Under the pieces are notes generated by a model that made no database searches, had not been told where the DNA came from, and saw only the letters and a list, made by a program, of their open reading frames with translations. A stretch of DNA of 55,477 bases from Trichoplax sp. H2 (Eukaryota), in contig NOWV01000306.1 of the NCBI GenBank assembly GCA_003344405.1, positions 1 through 55,477 on the forward strand, read 5' to 3'. A program made the translations under genes and the position numbers. Each line of letters opens with the position of its first letter. The first letter of the stretch is position 1. This document shows positions 40,461 through 55,477 of the stretch, piece by piece.

Positions 40461-42077
40461 TTATGACGTTGGAAATGATGTCTTACGAGCAGTTGATTAG
40501 TAGCTAATTTTCAAATTTGAAATTTCATCTACTATAACATCGACAATGACATAATATCATTAAAAAAATAATACAATGACTTGCTATTAGCAAATGATGT
40601 AGTATAGATCGATTTCCCAACATCTTTTATGCGTGAAAGTGTTTCTAATCGGTTCAATCTATTCAACTGTACTGTAATATGAAATTAGATTAGTCCATTA
40701 TCCTGGCAAAACGTAAACAAACTGCCGCTTACTGCAACGACATTAATCACTCCATTCTATTTCCAAATCAAACCATCTTCTATCAATTTGTATCTCTATT
40801 TAGTCCATTAATCAATTCATGGCAACGAACTGATCTAGAAAGAATCAGCTACAATCCAGCCTTACTAAGGCAAGAAAGATCTGAGTATTGTAGGATAATT
40901 TACGATCATCAATCATCAAAACATCATGCTGCTTTCGATTTATTCTATATCAAACTGTATCTAACTGTTATTACAACATATATATACAATGATGCCGACT
41001 AGTCCAGTATCACTCACGCTTTAAAATGAATAAAATTACAACAGAAACATTATTAATTGTAGGATTAGATTGCAAATAGAGCCATTAGATCTTAGTTAAA
41101 ATGGCGTCTGGCGTACCTTGATCTTTTCCTAAGCTACCAAATTGCACTTTATTATTCCGGCATTCCCTGGATACTGATGGACAGGAGTCCCTGCGCCTAA
41201 TGATGTCACCCGGTAACGATTGCCTTTCCTTACTATAGGCAATCTAATACAGTATACAGTATGAGTTGTCGGCATATCCTTTACCGATTGTCGGGTGATT
41301 GAATCGAACTTGGCAAAACTAATGTCATCATCCACATAGGAACTGTTCGTAAATGATGAATGAATATAGTGGATAAAGGGCTAGCAAAAATGATGTCACC
41401 ACGACATAGATTGTTCTGATATAGAAGTTCCGAATGCACCGTTTTCCCTTTTCATTTTAGTCCGTAGTTCCTTCTACCAGTTCATGTACATTGTCAATTA
41501 TACACTAAAATGATACTGTACAGTTCCTACAATAGAGGTAAAAGAAAAATATCAATAGCTTCGATCTTTCCTTTATAAAGCTTTTCCTTTTCGTAAGCAT
41601 ACTGGACATCAGCAAGGCAATGATGACAAACCTACCAATCGGCCAATGGCCGAGGAATTATTTAAAATCCTTTTACCAATGAATTGATTATCTACTTCAT
41701 TAGATGCAGTCAGAAATGGCGCTTCTGATGCTATGATTTTTATGGTTTAAAATGTCGACGATTATTATTAAATGAATATTTTTCATGGGGGTGAAATGAA
41801 TGAAGTTGGTCCAATTGTCCTTCTCATACTGCAATTTATTTGTAGCTCAAACAATCCTTCTCGCCAGTCAAATTACCTTCAGACATCAACGAATCGATAT
41901 GGCTTGATTTACTTCGGGCTAGCTACTTTTACAAATTCAAACTTATATCATTCCATTGGTTTCCTTCTACTGCACATGATAATCTCTATAAAGGCACAAT
42001 CCATTGGCAACATATCGACATTGATTTGGCCATTAACCAACTTGAGGAATCGACCTAGAGCGGTGCTCCTTCGCCAT
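40124..42077 (-). CDS. Upstream exons of the IFTAP-like transcript (possible N-terminal extension or 5' leader)
   Basis: ATG 42077 (MAKEHRSRSIPQV) and a chain of short GT-AG-flanked open segments (RSKSSHIDSLMSE, SEAPFLTASNEVDNQF, KELRTKMKRENGAF, YVDDDISFAKFDS, KRQSLPGDIIRRRDSCP). I could not resolve the frame across 40480-40830. Confidence 0.5.
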
Positions 42078-42175
42078 CTTGCAAACCCACTGCTTCATAC
42101 AGGACTACTGAATGTGGTGTAATGCTTAAGATGAATTTCGTAATGATGTATCCGAAAGCCAACTTGCTCCCCTTA

Positions 42176-42246
42176 TTTCCCGCCAACTTCAATTCCTGGC
42201 CGGTCCGTACCGATACGGTACGGACCGCAACGGACCAAATGGACCA
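42176..42246. promoter_or_regulatory. Probable bidirectional promoter core: E2F-type site plus perfect inverted repeat
   Basis: TTTCCCGCCA at 42176-42185; CGGTCCGTACCG-ata-CGGTACGGACCG at 42201-42227; lies between divergent ATGs at 42077 (-) and 42751 (+). Confidence 0.65.
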
Positions 42247-42750
42247 GCTAAGGCGAGTATACTGTATCGTTTAGTGCTGCGTGTCAGTATGATATCCTAT
42301 AGTGTCGAGCAACATCTTCACAGTCAACAACGTGCAAGTCTGCAAACGAAATATTGACAAATCCTTGCAGCATTTTCAATGGTGGAGCCAGATTTCAAAA
42401 CATGAAATCAAGCATCAATCAGGCCAATCAAGCCTAAGTTAATCTATTCTGTACTATGTCTATGCATGTGATGGAGAACGGTCGAGTACCTTTATCGATT
42501 TAATCTGTGGATATTGATTAATTTGAGTTTCATTAGGAGAAATTTTACAATCAGATCATACGAGCTGTCCACGCAGAGTGAGTTGATCATCTTGCACACA
42601 CAACTTCAATTCTTGGCTCAAATATTGAATTGAAATCCGCTATTCTGAGATACCTGTTGTATAATTATTGTGGGATTGGATCTGTTATTGTGATCTCCTT
42701 CCTTAAGCATTGGCTACAACACGTTGGTAGTCGCAAAATAAGAGAAGAAA

Positions 42751-49202
<6,452 letters not shown>

Positions 49203-50093
49203 AAAGTGATCGATTTGAATTAGTAGATGAATAATTTTCTTTATTTGGATGCATGTTAATTATGCATTCGAAGATATACTTATTCTTTGTTAAATGTTGG
49301 AGATGAGACAATTACTTGAATCATACGTATCCATGAAGATACATACTCCTAACCTTTAACGAGGTGACAGTTTTGCTTTTTTCCTTGTCGACAGTCTTAG
49401 CTACACATGACTGCTTTATATAGTGATTACATTATATTTTGCCGTTACATTGTATATCCTATCCAAGTGTCAGTTATATATAGTCTACCAAGTATTATCA
49501 GATTTTTCAAGTTCATTACAGTAAATAAAAGATAATTGCGAAAAGTGGATTAAAATAAAGATGACTTAATTAATCAAATTAATAAACGTACGACGTTGCT
49601 TTTGTCTCGATAGCCAGAAAGCGTTAGCTGAATGAGCATAATTAGTTAATTAATGTGACTACATGTGCATATTACGATAGTAATAGGAGGAGACATCTTA
49701 GTAATAACGTAGCACGACAGTACAGTAGGAAGGAACAAATCCATCTGTAAGTTTATAGGACAAAACAGCGATAACTATCTAGTGTTATAGTTTGAAGAGA
49801 GCTTTATATTAAATATTGCTATAACAAAAAAATTTTAACAACGCTGTACTAAAGGGATTTTAATAAAAAGATGTAATACACTGCTGTATAATGGCATCGC
49901 TAATAATTGTTAAAAATAAAAATTTAGCGAACAGTAATCTGCCGGCATTACCCGAACGTATTCGCTAATGGATGCAGCAGACTGCACTATGGTCAAATAT
50001 GTATTCATTAAATAACATTTAGCTTGCGAGAGGGTTGGTGACAATGACATTCTGTATCAAAACATTTATTATGGCTAGAAGAGATATACATAA

Positions 50094-53789
<3,696 letters not shown>

Positions 53790-53949
53790 AATGGCGACAA
53801 CGCATTAGCGTCGTATTGTACAATAATGTGTGAATATGTGATCAAGCGGAAAGTGATCAGACCAGGGTCCCACAGGTGACGTAGCGATCTTGAAGAAGCG
53901 TGCCGCACAGACGTCCACCGGACAGACGCGTTGGCTCTTGACTTTTTGG

Positions 53950-54745
53950 CTACAGTGCAGTACTGTAGTACAGCACTATACTGTACAGTGTACAGTACAG
54001 TACAGTACAGTACAGTACAATACAGTGTACAGTACCGTAATGTCGAGCCCACGTGTGACTGTCATCTCCAGTCCAGTACTGTACTGTAGCACTGTACAGT
54101 ACAGTACAGTAGACGGAGACGATGTCGCTCGCTTCCAGTCCAGTACAGTATGTACTGTACTGTAGTACTGTAGATGCAGACGATGTCGCTCGTCTCCAGT
54201 CCAGTATGTACTGTACAGTACAGTACATTGTACAGTACAGTACTGTAAATGCACAGTTCTCAACATGTACTGTACTGCAGTACTGTACAGTACAGTACTG
54301 TACTACAGTACATACTGTTCTGTACTGTACTGTAGATGGAGACGATGTCGCTCGCCCCCAGTCCAGTACAGTATGTACTGTAAATGCACAGTACATGTAC
54401 TGTACTGCACTGTACTGTAGATGGAGACGATGTCGCTCGCCTCCATTCCAGTATGTACAGTACAGTACTGTAAGAGCATAGTACATGTACTGTACTGTGC
54501 TGTAGATACGGACGATGTCGCTCGCCTCCAGTCCAGTACAGTATGTACAGTACACTGTACTACTGTATAGTACTGTAGATGGAGACGATGTCGTTCGCCT
54601 ACATACAGTACTGTACTGTATGGGTACTCTACCGTACCGTTACGGATTGGGTACGGTTCGGCACGGTAATCGTACCGTATGGATGCGCTCTCTTCTTTCT
54701 GGTACTGGTACTGGTACTGGTACGTTACCGTAACGATACAGTACC
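53950..54745. repeat. GTAC-core pentamer field with six embedded ~35 bp hairpin-forming repeats, in a divergent promoter gap
   Basis: TACAG/TACTG runs; unit gtagatggagacgatgtcgctcgcctccagtccagta at ~54109, 54170, 54332, 54417, 54502 and 54575; (tggtac)x4 at ~54700. Confidence 0.9.
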
Positions 54746-54892
54746 GATGCATCCGCAATCGCCACCGTCTGATTTGGCCAGCGTGTTGACGAACAAACGT
54801 TGGCAATCGAGAAGGTAGCTGCCATTTTCCACTGCTTTACTTATCATCGAAGCTTTCAAAAGACTTTTCAACCATCAATTCAAGATAGAAAA

Positions 54893-54988
54893 ATGCCAAC
54901 AGTAGACGGTGAAACGGCTTCACTGAGCACCCGCGATGTTGCAAATGCATCTGTAACTTACATTGGTTCTGTTTCCGATTCGGATCAG
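54893..54988 (+). CDS. Probable first coding exon of an unidentified gene continuing beyond the window
   Basis: aaaATG, 32 open codons (MPTVDGETASLSTRDVANASVTYIGSVSDSDQ) ending at CAG|gtaggc; divergent from ARL1. Confidence 0.5.
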
Positions 54989-55477
54989 GTAGGCTAACAG
55001 CATGAGGATAGCGTAGTAGGTGATCATCTTCGGACGCTGCAGTGGTAGTCCAGAATGGGAAGGGAGATAGCTCTCCTTTCTGTTATCATAGTCAATGGAT
55101 TAATAAATATCTTCCAAGTGCGATACTAAATCCAAGTAATGATACAACTGAATGAATTAACATTTCATACTATAAGAAGACATGCGATCAGTGTTACTGC
55201 CTGCCTTGATTAAAATGCTTCTGGTACAGATGTTTGAGTAGTACAGTACAGTAGTTCGCCCGCAGTGGAACAAAAGTATTGAGTAAAATGAACTCGACGT
55301 AGGATGGATAAAACTGTAATGAGGATTCCAGGCTTTAGCAAGGATAACTATTCGCCAAAAGAGTGTAGAGAACACAACCACGATCGATGATGAATTGATT
55401 AACATGAAATTTCTTTCTTGATAGTGCTTGCACTTGAAGATATACTTGCTCTCATTAGGAGCGAATGTGAAAGAGGA

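Noticed and set aside
54100..54610. CRISPR array
   Set aside because: Eukaryotic context, no cas genes, and the spacers are low-complexity and unequal in length.

Overview
AT-rich eukaryotic genomic DNA with many short GT-AG introns. Gene content and an iGluR with SYTANMAAF suggest an early-branching animal, probably a placozoan (Trichoplax-like); this is inference. Seven genes were assembled by hand: an FNBP4-like WW protein (+), an ionotropic glutamate receptor-family subunit (-), an intronless orphan rhodopsin-class GPCR (-), a secreted D8C/UMOD-Cys8 + 2xEGF + coiled-coil protein (+), an IFTAP/C11orf74(NWC)-like gene (-) head-to-head with DNA polymerase delta catalytic subunit POLD1 (+), and ARL1 (-). 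The first exon of an eighth gene lies at the right edge. The main observation is that POLD1 has an intact polymerase core and CysA/CysB, but a catalytic carboxylate in each of the three proofreading motifs is replaced (ExoI DIE->DIM, ExoII FD->SS, ExoIII D->N), so it looks naturally proofreading-dead. Also notable: an iGluR with a remodelled ligand pocket and a furin-like site after the ATD, GTAC-pentamer fields at promoter gaps (one holding a hairpin repeat array), and several distinct ~90-145 bp tandem arrays in the gene-poor middle. Exon boundaries were read by eye and may be off by a few bases.
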